A stretch of DNA of 64,000 nucleotides from assembly GCA_051859245.1 (NCBI GenBank), contig JBHYGA010000005.1:891537-955536 (forward strand), in the 5' to 3' direction. Under the pieces are notes generated by a model. It saw nothing but the letters and a program-made list of their open reading frames with translations. It did no database searches and was not told the DNA's origin. Of the stretch, positions 1 through 9,482 are shown one piece after another. Made by a program: the position numbers and the translations under genes. Positions within the stretch are counted from its first letter, which is position 1. The number at the start of each line of letters is the position of its first letter. This DNA comes from Gemmatimonadaceae bacterium (GTDB lineage: Bacteria > Gemmatimonadota > Gemmatimonadetes > Gemmatimonadales > Gemmatimonadaceae).

Positions 1-2
1 TG

Positions 3-434
3 GTCGGTCGCAGCGAAGGCATTGGTCGCCCGTTGTTGTACGGCACCACGCCGCTGTTCCTCGAACAGTTCGGTTTGCGTCATCTCGAAGAGTTGCCGCG
101 CGCGGATGAACTGGCGATTGCCTTGCGTGGCGCGGGTGGTCTGGTGGGTACCCCCGTCGAGCCAGCGCCGCCGCTGTTGCCGTTGGGTGCGCATGAAGTG
201 GCCGTGTCGGAGAACGCGGAGGTCGCGGAGGCGGTTGGCGACGGTATGGCTGCTGACGTTGTCGCGGACGAGGCCGTCGATGACGCCGTCGATGACACCG
301 TGGATGAGTCCGTGGCCGTCGATCTCGCGACGGACATTGATGACACCGGTCATGTTGACGACGCTGTGGACGCCGATGAGGCGGACGACGCCGATCCGTA
401 TCGCGCAGAGTCTCTCGGCGTGAACGCAGAATGA
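3..434 (+). CDS. scpB: SMC-Scp complex subunit ScpB, C-terminal part (5' truncated by window edge), with long acidic tail
   Basis: [31 protein letters not shown] matches the ScpB C-terminal motif. It lies directly upstream of rluB, a common gene order. Confidence 0.9.
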   Translation, partial: VGRSEGIGRPLLYGTTPLFLEQFGLRHLEELPRADELAIALRGAGGLVGTPVEPAPPLLPLGAHEVAVSENAEVAEAVGDGMAADVVADEAVDDAVDDTVDESVAVDLATDIDDTGHVDDAVDADEADDADPYRAESLGVNAE

Positions 435-1324
435 CCGGTCGCGATCGGCCCAAGGGTCCTCCCAAGCGTCCAACGAAGGGTCCGCCCTCTGGTGCCAAGC
501 GTAGAGATGGTGCGAAGCCTGCGGACGGACCCAAGCGCTCGGTTGGTCCGCGCAAGTCGGCACCCAAACGCGATCCGTACACTACGCCAGTGGATCCGAC
601 TGCTGAAGGTCCGATGCGCATCCAACGTGCGCTGGCACGCGCCGGCATCGCGTCGCGTCGCGAAGCGGAGAAGCTCGTGTTGGCTGGCCGTGTGCAGGTG
701 AACGGTATTCCGGCACTCACGGGACAGGTCGTGGATTCCGTCAAGGATGTCATCTCCGTCGACGGGCGCGCGGTCAAAGTGGCCGTGACGAGCAGCACAT
801 GGATCGTGTTGCACAAGCCGTCTGGTGTCATGACAACCAAGTCGGATCCAGAGGGCCGCCCCACCGTGTTTGAGTTGGTGGCGCCGGTACCTGGGCTGGT
901 GTACGTGGGTCGACTCGACTTTCTCACCGAAGGGTTGTTGTTGCTCACCACCGATGGACAGGCGGCGCATCGTCTCACGCATCCGAGTCGTGAGGTGGAG
1001 CGTACGTACGTGGCCATTGTGCGTGGTGATGCACCGGGTGCTGTGCGTCAGGCGCGTCGCGGAATTCAGCTTGATGATGGCCCGGTTCATCCCGTTGAAG
1101 TACGGGCCGAGGCGTTGGGAGAGCGTCGGTGGTCGTTCGAGATCACATTGATTGATGGGCGTACGCGCGAAGTGCGACGGTTGTGTGAAGCACTTGGACT
1201 CTCGGTGGAACGTCTGATTCGCACGCGATACGGCCCGGTGGAACTCGGCGAGCTGGGCGTGGGCGAGAGCCGTCCGCTCTCGGCGCGTGAGCGATCGGTG
1301 ATCGAAGCGCTCAGCGGCGGGTAA
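431..1324 (+). CDS. rluB: Ribosomal pseudouridine synthase, RluB/RsuA family
   Basis: S4 domain ([18 protein letters not shown]), HKPSG, and catalytic VGRLD motif. ATGA overlap with scpB. Confidence 0.88.
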   Translation: MTGRDRPKGPPKRPTKGPPSGAKRRDGAKPADGPKRSVGPRKSAPKRDPYTTPVDPTAEGPMRIQRALARAGIASRREAEKLVLAGRVQVNGIPALTGQVVDSVKDVISVDGRAVKVAVTSSTWIVLHKPSGVMTTKSDPEGRPTVFELVAPVPGLVYVGRLDFLTEGLLLLTTDGQAAHRLTHPSREVERTYVAIVRGDAPGAVRQARRGIQLDDGPVHPVEVRAEALGERRWSFEITLIDGRTREVRRLCEALGLSVERLIRTRYGPVELGELGVGESRPLSARERSVIEALSGG

Positions 1325-1354
1325 CAGCGTTGAGTGCTGGGTTGTGACTACCGT

Positions 1355-1379
1355 CCCGCGTCCAGGCGCGGGTCTTTCT
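1355..1379 (+). terminator. Possible intrinsic terminator after rluB
   Basis: CCCGCG-tccagg-CGCGGG hairpin followed by TCTTTCT. Confidence 0.4.
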
Positions 1380-1403
1380 GTCTCTTGAGTGGAGTAGATC
1401 GCG

Positions 1404-2441
1404 TTGACAGTTCCTCCTGTTCCGGTTTCGTCGCCATCCGCGGTTCGACGTGAGACGGATGCGAGCGCCGGCGTGAGCGGCAGTGCCAACGCCGATGTGC
1501 AGCTGGTGCAGGCGGTGCTGCACGAAGTGGCGCGGCGAATCGTGGGGCAGGACTATCTGGTCGAGCGACTGATGATCAGTCTGCTCACCGGCGGTCACGT
1601 GCTGCTTGAAGGTGTGCCTGGTCTCGCAAAAACGCTCACCGTTCGCACGCTGGCCGAAACGGTGCACACCACGTTTCAGCGCATTCAGTTTACGCCCGAC
1701 TTGCTGCCGGCCGACGTAATCGGCACGCAGATCTTTGATCAGGGAACGGGTGAGTTCCGCGTCAAGCACGGTCCGATTTTCGCGAACATCATTCTCGCAG
1801 ACGAAATCAATCGTGCGCCGGCCAAGGTGCAGGCGGCGCTGCTCGAAGCGATGCAGGAGAAGCAGGTCACCATCGGCGGCACCACGTATCCGCTGGCCGA
1901 GCCCTTTCTGGTGCTCGCCACGCAGAATCCGATTGAACAGGAAGGCACCTATCCGCTGCCCGAAGCGCAGGTCGATCGCTTCATGTTCAAGCTGCGTGTC
2001 GGTTATCCCACGCGGGCCGAAGAAAAAGAAATCCTGCGTCGCATGGCGGGCGGCGAGAAGATTCCGGTGAACGCGGTCGCATCTCCGGTGCAGTTGCTCG
2101 ACGCACGCAAGCGTATTGCGGAGATGTACATGGACGATCGCCTCGTCGACTACATCGTGGAGCTGGTGCACGCCACGCGATATCCCAAAGATGTTGGTCT
2201 CGCGGATCTCGTGCCGCTGGTGGAGTTTGGGGCATCGCCGCGCGCCACCATCGCGCTTGGTCAGGCGGCGCGTGCGCACGCGTTTTTGCGCGGTCGCAGT
2301 TTTGTCACACCTGATGACGTGAAGGCCATCGCACCCGACGTGCTTCGTCACCGTGTGCTCACCACGTTTGAAGCGGACGCGGAAGGTGTGACGACGGATG
2401 CGATTGTAAGTCGCATTCTGGGGCGCGTCGAAGCGCCGTGA
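1404..2441 (+). CDS. moxR: MoxR family AAA+ ATPase
   Basis: HVLLEGVPGLAKT (Walker A), RIQFTPDLLPAD, LADEINRAPAKVQAALLEAM, ATQNPIEQEGTYPLPEAQVDRF. GGAG lies upstream of the TTG start. Confidence 0.93.
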   Translation: MTVPPVPVSSPSAVRRETDASAGVSGSANADVQLVQAVLHEVARRIVGQDYLVERLMISLLTGGHVLLEGVPGLAKTLTVRTLAETVHTTFQRIQFTPDLLPADVIGTQIFDQGTGEFRVKHGPIFANIILADEINRAPAKVQAALLEAMQEKQVTIGGTTYPLAEPFLVLATQNPIEQEGTYPLPEAQVDRFMFKLRVGYPTRAEEKEILRRMAGGEKIPVNAVASPVQLLDARKRIAEMYMDDRLVDYIVELVHATRYPKDVGLADLVPLVEFGASPRATIALGQAARAHAFLRGRSFVTPDDVKAIAPDVLRHRVLTTFEADAEGVTTDAIVSRILGRVEAP

Positions 2442-2451
2442 GTGAAACGTC

Positions 2452-3393
2452 GTGAGCGAACCGCTGGTCGTCCCGTCCGACGTGCTGCGTCAGGTGCGGC
2501 GTCTCGAGTTACGGACGCGGCGCCTGGTCGATTCGCAGTTCTCGGGTGACTATCGCTCGCTCTTCAAAGGGCAGGGCATGGAGTTCGCAGAAGTGCGCGA
2601 ATACCAGCCGGGCGACGAAGTGCGCACGATCGACTGGAATGTGTCGGCGCGCATGGGGCGCCCGTTCGTCAAACGCTACGTGGAAGAGCGTGAACTGACG
2701 GTCATGCTGGCGCTCGACGTTTCCGGATCCTCGCAGTTCGGCACGGGCGCGCGGTTCAAGTCGGAAGTCGCAGCCGAGCTCGTGGCCGTGCTGGCGCTCG
2801 CAGCCGTGCGCAACAACGATCGTGTGGGACTGCTGTGTTTTTCTGATCGCGTCGAGCACGCGGTGCCACCGCGCAAAGGTCGGCGCCACGCGTTGCGTGT
2901 GCTTCGTGATCTGCTCGCGATTCAACCGGTCGGGCGCCGCACGGATTACGCGATTGCTCTCGAGCGGCTTGGACGATTGCTGCCGCACCGTTCGGTCGTG
3001 TTTGTGTGTTCCGACTTTGTGGGCGATACGCTCGAAGGTCCGCTCACACGGCTCGCGCAGCGCCACGATGTCATCGCGCTCACGATCGAAGATCCGGCCG
3101 AGCTGACGCTCCCCGATATCGGTGCCGCGCGCCTGATTGATCCGGAGTCGGGCGACGTCGTTGATGTCGACACGAGCGATCCGGCCGTGCGTGCATGGTT
3201 TGCAGAACAGATTGCGCGTGAACAGCAGGTTCGTCAGAAGTTGTTTGGCCGTCTCGGAATTGATGAAGTGCTGGTGCGAACGGACACGGGCTACGTGGAG
3301 CCGTTGCTGGAGTTCTTCCGCGCACGCGCGCGTCGTGCGCACGGTGCGGTGCGCACTGCTGTGCGGCCAAATGCTAAACCGTCGGCGGCGTGA
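2452..3393 (+). CDS. DUF58 domain protein (MoxR partner)
   Basis: GQGMEFAEVREYQPGDEVRTIDWNVSAR and DVSGS motifs; follows moxR. Confidence 0.9.
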   Translation: MSEPLVVPSDVLRQVRRLELRTRRLVDSQFSGDYRSLFKGQGMEFAEVREYQPGDEVRTIDWNVSARMGRPFVKRYVEERELTVMLALDVSGSSQFGTGARFKSEVAAELVAVLALAAVRNNDRVGLLCFSDRVEHAVPPRKGRRHALRVLRDLLAIQPVGRRTDYAIALERLGRLLPHRSVVFVCSDFVGDTLEGPLTRLAQRHDVIALTIEDPAELTLPDIGAARLIDPESGDVVDVDTSDPAVRAWFAEQIAREQQVRQKLFGRLGIDEVLVRTDTGYVEPLLEFFRARARRAHGAVRTAVRPNAKPSAA

Positions 3394-4499
3394 TGAAGGC
3401 GCTCCGGAGGTTTGTTTCGAGTGCATCTCTGCTGTTAGCCGCGGCACCGTTGTCCCTGCTCGCCGCGCAAGCAACCGACACTAGTTGGGCCGGGATGCGC
3501 GGTGCGCGATACGCATCCACTGCGTCGGTGCAGGGCACGCAAGCGCCGCGCGATCGCGTGCAGGCGGGCGTTGTCATGAGCCCCGATACAGTCACGGTTG
3601 GTGATCCATTCACGATGACGGTTCGGTTGCGCGTGCCAACCAACGCCACCGTGATCTGGCCGGTGCTGTCCGATTCGTCCGCGAAAATTGCGCCGCGCGC
3701 TCCAATGTCTCGTCGCGACGGACCGTCCGACGTGGCCACGCGCGAAGAACTTGCCGAGTTCGTGGTGTCCGCCTGGGACACCGGGCGTGTGAACACGGGT
3801 TGGGATCCGGTGCTGGTCGTCATCGGTAACGACACCGTGACGGTGGCCCTCGCGAACCATGGTGTGTACGTCCGTAGCGTGCTGAGCGCCGATACCACGG
3901 AACATGTTCCGCGTCCGGCCAAGCCGGTGTTCGAGCAGGAACTACCGTGGTGGCAGCGCTGGTGGATTGCGGCGCTTGTGCTGGTCGCGCTGGCGGCGCT
4001 TGCCTACGTGCTCTGGCGACGCCGTCGCAAGCCGGCCGTGTCGATGTCTACGGGGCCTCGCCTTGGCGCGTACGAACACGCGCTGCACGCGTTTGATCGA
4101 CTCGATCGTTTGGCGCTCACTGATGCCGGTGAACACGGACGCGCTGCTGTACTCGCGCTCGACATTCTGCGCGGCTATTTGTCGGCGCGCATTCCGGCGA
4201 CTTCGCGTGCGCAAACGAGCGCCGAGTTGCTGTCGGTGGTCGGCGACGACACGCGTGTACCGCTCGCTCGTCTGATCCAACTGCTCGTTGCGGTTGATGC
4301 GGTCAAGTTTGCGCGTCGCTCGCTCACCGCAACCGACGCGCGACACCTGACCGCGGAAGCGCGCGCGGTGGTGGAGTCGGTGGAAGAAGTGGAGCGCGTA
4401 CGCAGAGCACACGCCGAAGCCGTGGCGCGCGCGCAGGCAGAAAAGGACGCGCGAAGCAAGAAGGACGCGGAGCCGCGTGAGCCGGCGGGGGTCGCGTGA
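3390..4499 (+). CDS. Exported single-pass membrane protein of the MoxR/Bat cluster
   Basis: N-terminal signal peptide, beta-rich domain (DTVTVGDPF), TM helix followed by RRRRK, and a helical C-domain. Position is typical of Bat clusters. Confidence 0.7.
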   Translation: MMKALRRFVSSASLLLAAAPLSLLAAQATDTSWAGMRGARYASTASVQGTQAPRDRVQAGVVMSPDTVTVGDPFTMTVRLRVPTNATVIWPVLSDSSAKIAPRAPMSRRDGPSDVATREELAEFVVSAWDTGRVNTGWDPVLVVIGNDTVTVALANHGVYVRSVLSADTTEHVPRPAKPVFEQELPWWQRWWIAALVLVALAALAYVLWRRRRKPAVSMSTGPRLGAYEHALHAFDRLDRLALTDAGEHGRAAVLALDILRGYLSARIPATSRAQTSAELLSVVGDDTRVPLARLIQLLVAVDAVKFARRSLTATDARHLTAEARAVVESVEEVERVRRAHAEAVARAQAEKDARSKKDAEPREPAGVA

Positions 4500-5524
4500 T
4501 CGAGTGGCTGAAGGAATGGTGGGCGACACCCATGCCCACGTTCGCGAGCATCGAGTTCGCTCGGCCGTGGGTGCTGTTGCTGCTGCTCGTGATACCGGTG
4601 TTCATCTGGTGGCGCCGACGCACGCGCCCCCCCGCGCTGATTTTTTCGCGCGCGGGTTTGGTCGCGAGCGGCCCGCATCGCGCCTCGCGACTCGCCCGCG
4701 TTGCACCGTGGTTTCGGTGGCTGGCCATTGCCGGGCTGATTGTGGCGCTGGCGCAACCGCGCAGTGGTGCCCGCACGCAGAACGTCACGCGTGATGGTAT
4801 TGATATCGCGCTGGTCGTTGACATTTCGAGTTCCATGCTGGCGGAAGATTTTCAGCCGCAGAATCGCATGGAAGTCGCGAAGGACAAGGCCAAAGCTTTT
4901 GTGTCCGGTCGCACGACCGACCGCATTGGTGTGATTGCGTTTTCTGGTGAAGCACTCACGCAGGTGCCGCTCACGGCCGACTATCCCGTGGTGTTGGCGG
5001 CCATCGACAACTTGCAGCCCGGGCAGCTGCAGGATGGCACAGCCATTGGTACGGCCATCGCAACATCCGCCAATCGGCTTCGCAGCGCGGGCGGTCGATC
5101 GCGTGTGATGTTGCTGCTGACCGACGGCGAAAACAATCGTGGCGATATTGATCCGCGCACCGCGGCCCAGGCGTCGGCGCAGTTTGGAATTCGCATTTAC
5201 GCGATCGGCATTGGCAGTGAGGGCATGGCGCCCATTCCGGTGGGTCGTGGCTTGTTCGGTCTGCGGTACGAGAACCGTCCGGTGCGAATCGACGAAGCCT
5301 TGCTCACGGAAATCGCCGAGTCATCGGGCGGCCGATATTTCCGTGCGCGCGATGCGGAGGCGCTGGAAGCCATCTTTGGGCAGATCGATCAGCTGGAGCG
5401 TTCGCCGGTGGACGCACGAAGTTTTGTACGGTTTACCGAACGTTTTCACTGGCCGCTTGCGGTGGCGATTTTCGCGTTGCTGGGTGAGGTGTGGGTGCTG
5501 GCGTGGCGAGGAACTGTGCCATGA
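4496..5524 (+). CDS. batA: VWA domain membrane protein, BatA-like
   Basis: N-terminal FARPWVLLLL, ALAQP, MIDAS DISSSM, GTAIG and LLTDGENN motifs. Confidence 0.85.
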   Translation: MIEWLKEWWATPMPTFASIEFARPWVLLLLLVIPVFIWWRRRTRPPALIFSRAGLVASGPHRASRLARVAPWFRWLAIAGLIVALAQPRSGARTQNVTRDGIDIALVVDISSSMLAEDFQPQNRMEVAKDKAKAFVSGRTTDRIGVIAFSGEALTQVPLTADYPVVLAAIDNLQPGQLQDGTAIGTAIATSANRLRSAGGRSRVMLLLTDGENNRGDIDPRTAAQASAQFGIRIYAIGIGSEGMAPIPVGRGLFGLRYENRPVRIDEALLTEIAESSGGRYFRARDAEALEAIFGQIDQLERSPVDARSFVRFTERFHWPLAVAIFALLGEVWVLAWRGTVP

Positions 5525-7233
5525 ATGAAATGTTGTCGTCATGGCCCGTGCGTTTCGATTTGCCGTGGCCCATTGCGCTGGCGTTGGTGCTGGTGTTGCC
5601 GTTACTGGTATTCATCGCGGTGAACGGCGCGCGCCAGCGTCGGCGCATTCGTCTCGCACGTTTCGCCGCGGCGGGCACGTTGCCCAGGCTTGGCGCATCA
5701 CCCGCTTCCCGTCGTGGTCAACTGTTTCGTTTAACCGGCGTGGCGCTGCTCTGTGCGATTGCGCTCACCGGTCCGCGGTGGGGCGTGTTGAGTTCGCAGG
5801 AAACACGACGCGGCATTGATGTGGCGGTGGCGCTTGATGCGTCGCTGTCAATGATGGCGCGCGATGAGCGCCCGTCTCGCTTGGAGCGCATGAAGCAGGA
5901 AGTACGACGGCTGCGCGCCTCTTCACGCGCCGATCGCATGGCGCTGCTCGCGTTTGCCGGACGCAGTTACATCCTCACGCCGCTCACAGCGGACGACGGT
6001 GCGCTTGAACTGTATCTGGAGAATCTGTCTCCCGATGTGGTGGGTCAGGCGGGATCCTCCATTGCACGCGCGATCACGCAAGGCACCGAGTTGTTGGCGG
6101 CGTCAACCAGTACGTCGGACAAGGCGCTGGTCATCATGAGCGATGGTGAAGCGTTTGAGCCAATTGAAGACGTTCGTGCCGCGGCTGCCGAAGCAGGAAA
6201 GCAGGGTGTGGTGCTGGTCACGGTTGGCTTTGGCACACCGGAAGGTGCCACCATTCCCGAGCAAGTGAACAACACCACGCGCGAGAAGCGCGACGAGCAG
6301 GGAAATGTGGTGATCACGCGGCATATGCCCGAGCTGTTGCAGGCGGCCGCCGAAGCGTCGGGCGGCGTGTACGTGCCGGCTGATGTCACCGACCGCGCGG
6401 GCCGCGTACGCGCGGCGCTGTCATCGCTGCGAACGGAACGGCGTTCCGTTTCGTCGCGCGAGGATCACGTGTCTCGCTTTGCGTGGTTTCTGGCACCGGC
6501 CTTGTTGCTGTTGCTGCTGGATACGTGGCTTATGCAACGTCCGGCGCGCAAAGCGCGAGCCGCGGCGGCAATCACGCCGTTGCCCAGTGCGCTGTCAAAG
6601 AGCGCCACGTCGTCGGCGGCGATGTTGCTGCTGTTCGCGCTTGGTGCGTGTGCGCAGGCCCCGGACCCGGCGCGTCGTCTTGAAAGCGGCGACGTGCTCG
6701 GCGCAGTGCGCGCGTATCGAGCGCAGTACGCCGCCGGTGATACCACAGTCAAGACACGCTATAATCTTGCCACGGCGCTGCTCGAAGCCGATTCGCTCGC
6801 GGCAGCCAATGAATTGTTTGAATCTGTTCGTCGCGGCGCCGATGGTGAAGTGCGCGCACGCGCGCAGTACAACGCCGGACTGTCCAAGCTGCGCGAGGGT
6901 CGCGTTACGCAAGGCGATAGTGCCAAGAGCGCATTCGCGGCGGCACGCGCATTGCTGCGGTCGTATCTGTCGGATCGTTTCAGCGACATCGACGGCAAGT
7001 GGAACTACGAGCTTGCCCTGCGCCCCGAACCGCCGATGGGTGGTGGCGGTGGCGGTGGGCAGAATGATCAACAAGGTGGGCAGTCCGACCAGACGGACCC
7101 GCAACCAGGTCAGCTGGATCAATCGCAAGCCGAAGCCCTGTTGAACAGTGCCGCGCGTGATGAGCGTGATGTGCAAGGACGGAAGCAGCGCATGACGCGG
7201 CAGCCACCTCCGCCGGGCGGGCGCGACTGGTGA
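5521..7233 (+). CDS. VWA + TPR protein (BatB-BatC-like fusion)
   Basis: ALTGPRWG, DASLSM and MSDGE VWA motifs. C-terminal TPR-like YNLA/YNAG/WNYEL, a Gln/Gly-rich linker and terminal RDW. ATG at 5521 overlaps the batA stop. Confidence 0.8.
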   Translation: MNEMLSSWPVRFDLPWPIALALVLVLPLLVFIAVNGARQRRRIRLARFAAAGTLPRLGASPASRRGQLFRLTGVALLCAIALTGPRWGVLSSQETRRGIDVAVALDASLSMMARDERPSRLERMKQEVRRLRASSRADRMALLAFAGRSYILTPLTADDGALELYLENLSPDVVGQAGSSIARAITQGTELLAASTSTSDKALVIMSDGEAFEPIEDVRAAAAEAGKQGVVLVTVGFGTPEGATIPEQVNNTTREKRDEQGNVVITRHMPELLQAAAEASGGVYVPADVTDRAGRVRAALSSLRTERRSVSSREDHVSRFAWFLAPALLLLLLDTWLMQRPARKARAAAAITPLPSALSKSATSSAAMLLLFALGACAQAPDPARRLESGDVLGAVRAYRAQYAAGDTTVKTRYNLATALLEADSLAAANELFESVRRGADGEVRARAQYNAGLSKLREGRVTQGDSAKSAFAAARALLRSYLSDRFSDIDGKWNYELALRPEPPMGGGGGGGQNDQQGGQSDQTDPQPGQLDQSQAEALLNSAARDERDVQGRKQRMTRQPPPPGGRDW

Positions 7234-9482
7234 AGACGCGCGCGACCCTTGTGATGTTCCTGCTGCTCTGCGGCCTGACAGGCAACCGCGCTGGCGCGCA
7301 AGCGCGTTCGCCCGTGATTCAGAATCGTGTGCAGCTGAATCCCGGACAGCCGGTTGGTTTTCACGTGCTGATGGTGCCTGACACCGTGTACGTGGGGCAA
7401 CAGGCCACGTATGAAATGGGTGTGTTCATTAGCGAGAGTGCGCAGGCGCGCATGCGACGAAATCCTGAAGTTGTCCCTGCCGAACTGCGTGGTGTGCTGG
7501 CGTATGATCTCGGCGGCCCGCAGTCGTTGGCGGCGCTGCAGGTTGGTGGGCAGCGCATGTTTCCGCACGTGCTGCAGCGTGCGCTTTTTCCGTTGGCCAG
7601 TGGCGTGGTCACGATCCCCGCGTCGCAGCTCACGTACGCGCTCCCTCGCTCCTCGAGTTATTTCAGTCGGGAAGAATCTGCCGTGGTGCGCGCGGACGCT
7701 GTCACGCTGTACGCGAAGCCACTGCCGCTCGAAGGACAGCCCGATGCCTTTGCAGGCACTGTGGGTCAAGTCAATCTCACCGCGTCTGTGGATCTCAAGT
7801 CCGCGCGCGTCGGAGAAACGGTCGTCCTGACGCTGCGTCTTGGCGGCCGCGGGAATGTCAAGCTGTGGCCGAGACCGTCCGTGCAAACGGCCTCGGCATC
7901 GCTTGTGCCTGCGGGTGAACGTGTGCGTGTGGACACCACCGGCCAGTACGTGCGCGGCACCAAGGAGTTTGACTGGTTGGTCACACCGGAGCGTGAAGGA
8001 CGTCTGGTCATTCCGGTGGTGAAGTATCCGTACTTTGATCCGTACGCCGAAGAGTATCGCGTCGCGAGCTCCGATTCACTGGAGCTGCCGATCACCCGCG
8101 GACAGATTATCGCTGACGATGCGGCTGACGCGGAACGCGATGTGCTTCCGATTCGTCGCACGAATCGTGGTGAACTCTCGGCACCGCTGTCTTCACAGCC
8201 GCTGTTCTGGGCATTGATTGCACTGATGCCTGTGCCCGCCATCGTGGTGCGTCGCACGCGGAGTCGCGCAGCGCGTGAGCTGCCGGTTGAAACGGGCGCG
8301 GTTGAGATCACACCGCAACGCGCGGTCAGCACGCAGGTGCACACGAATCCAACGCGCGTCGCCGCGGCTTCACTGCGTCGCAAACTGCTGGATCAGCTCG
8401 CGGAACGACTCGATACCACGTCGCCAATGCTGGCGGAACGTCGTGTCTTGCAGCAGCGACTGCGCCGGCGCGGTGTCACACGCGAGACCACGCGCGACGT
8501 GATGGCGTTGATCGACGAGCTCGACGAAGCGGCGTGGTCGGCCAGCGGTACGCCGTCTGCCGCGATCGAGCGCGACGCGCCCACGTGGACAGAGCGGCTG
8601 CGTTCGCTTGTGGTGCGCGTGCACGACGAAGCAATGCCGGCGAGGACACCGTTCACAGACGGGCGTTCAGCGTCGACCGCGGGCAAGTCGGGCACCGGCA
8701 CGCGAAGCTCTCGCTCGCCGGTGTTACTGGCCGCGATGGCAAGCGGTGCGATGTTGCTCGGCGGCGCGCAGCTGCTCGCCGCGCGTGCCGACACGTTCGA
8801 GGAGGCGATCGCACAGTATGACGCGGGCGCGTATGCCGATGCCGCGGAGTCGTTCCTCGCGCTCGCCAATGTGTCGCCGCGCAACGCCGACGCGTGGGCC
8901 AATACCGGAACGTCGGCCTGGGCGGCGCACGACAGTGTCACGGCCGTTGTTGGCTGGCAACGCGCGCTGCGGCTTGAACCTACAGCGCTCGACTTGCGCG
9001 AGCGTTTGGAGCTGCATTCGGCACTGGCACGTGACGGTGCCGCGAGCGTACCCCAGATCGGCCGTCAGACCCCGACGCTCGTTGCACTCGCTTTGTGGTG
9101 CACGGGTTGGGCGCTGTTCGCGTTCACCATCGTCGTTACTCGCGCACGTCGTGGCGGCGTACTCGACGAGTATGCGGGCCTGGCTCGCGTGACGGCCGTG
9201 GCACTGATGGTTGGTGCCGCAGGAAGTGCGCTCTGGCAGCGACAACTTTCAGCACAACTCGACAATCCCTCGATCGCTGTGGTCACGCAGCTTGAACCGC
9301 TGCGTGTTTCTCCGTCGCTCGACGCGGATCTGAGCGGCAATACGGAACGGGGTGATGTGGTGGTGCGCGCGGAAACGCGTGTCGACGCGGAGCGCGGCGA
9401 GACCTGGGTCTCGGTCACCCACAGCGATGGTCGCCTTGGGTGGTTGCCGGCCCGCGCGCTGCGCGGCCTGGGTACGGGTTGA
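7230..9482 (+). CDS. BatD family protein fused to a BatE-like TPR/SH3b module
   Basis: Signal peptide and BatD-type beta domains (GTVGQ, GRGNV, YFDP). C-terminal TPR (NADAWANTG...ALRLEP) and SH3-like W...GWLP. Confidence 0.75.
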   Translation: MKTRATLVMFLLLCGLTGNRAGAQARSPVIQNRVQLNPGQPVGFHVLMVPDTVYVGQQATYEMGVFISESAQARMRRNPEVVPAELRGVLAYDLGGPQSLAALQVGGQRMFPHVLQRALFPLASGVVTIPASQLTYALPRSSSYFSREESAVVRADAVTLYAKPLPLEGQPDAFAGTVGQVNLTASVDLKSARVGETVVLTLRLGGRGNVKLWPRPSVQTASASLVPAGERVRVDTTGQYVRGTKEFDWLVTPEREGRLVIPVVKYPYFDPYAEEYRVASSDSLELPITRGQIIADDAADAERDVLPIRRTNRGELSAPLSSQPLFWALIALMPVPAIVVRRTRSRAARELPVETGAVEITPQRAVSTQVHTNPTRVAAASLRRKLLDQLAERLDTTSPMLAERRVLQQRLRRRGVTRETTRDVMALIDELDEAAWSASGTPSAAIERDAPTWTERLRSLVVRVHDEAMPARTPFTDGRSASTAGKSGTGTRSSRSPVLLAAMASGAMLLGGAQLLAARADTFEEAIAQYDAGAYADAAESFLALANVSPRNADAWANTGTSAWAAHDSVTAVVGWQRALRLEPTALDLRERLELHSALARDGAASVPQIGRQTPTLVALALWCTGWALFAFTIVVTRARRGGVLDEYAGLARVTAVALMVGAAGSALWQRQLSAQLDNPSIAVVTQLEPLRVSPSLDADLSGNTERGDVVVRAETRVDAERGETWVSVTHSDGRLGWLPARALRGLGTG

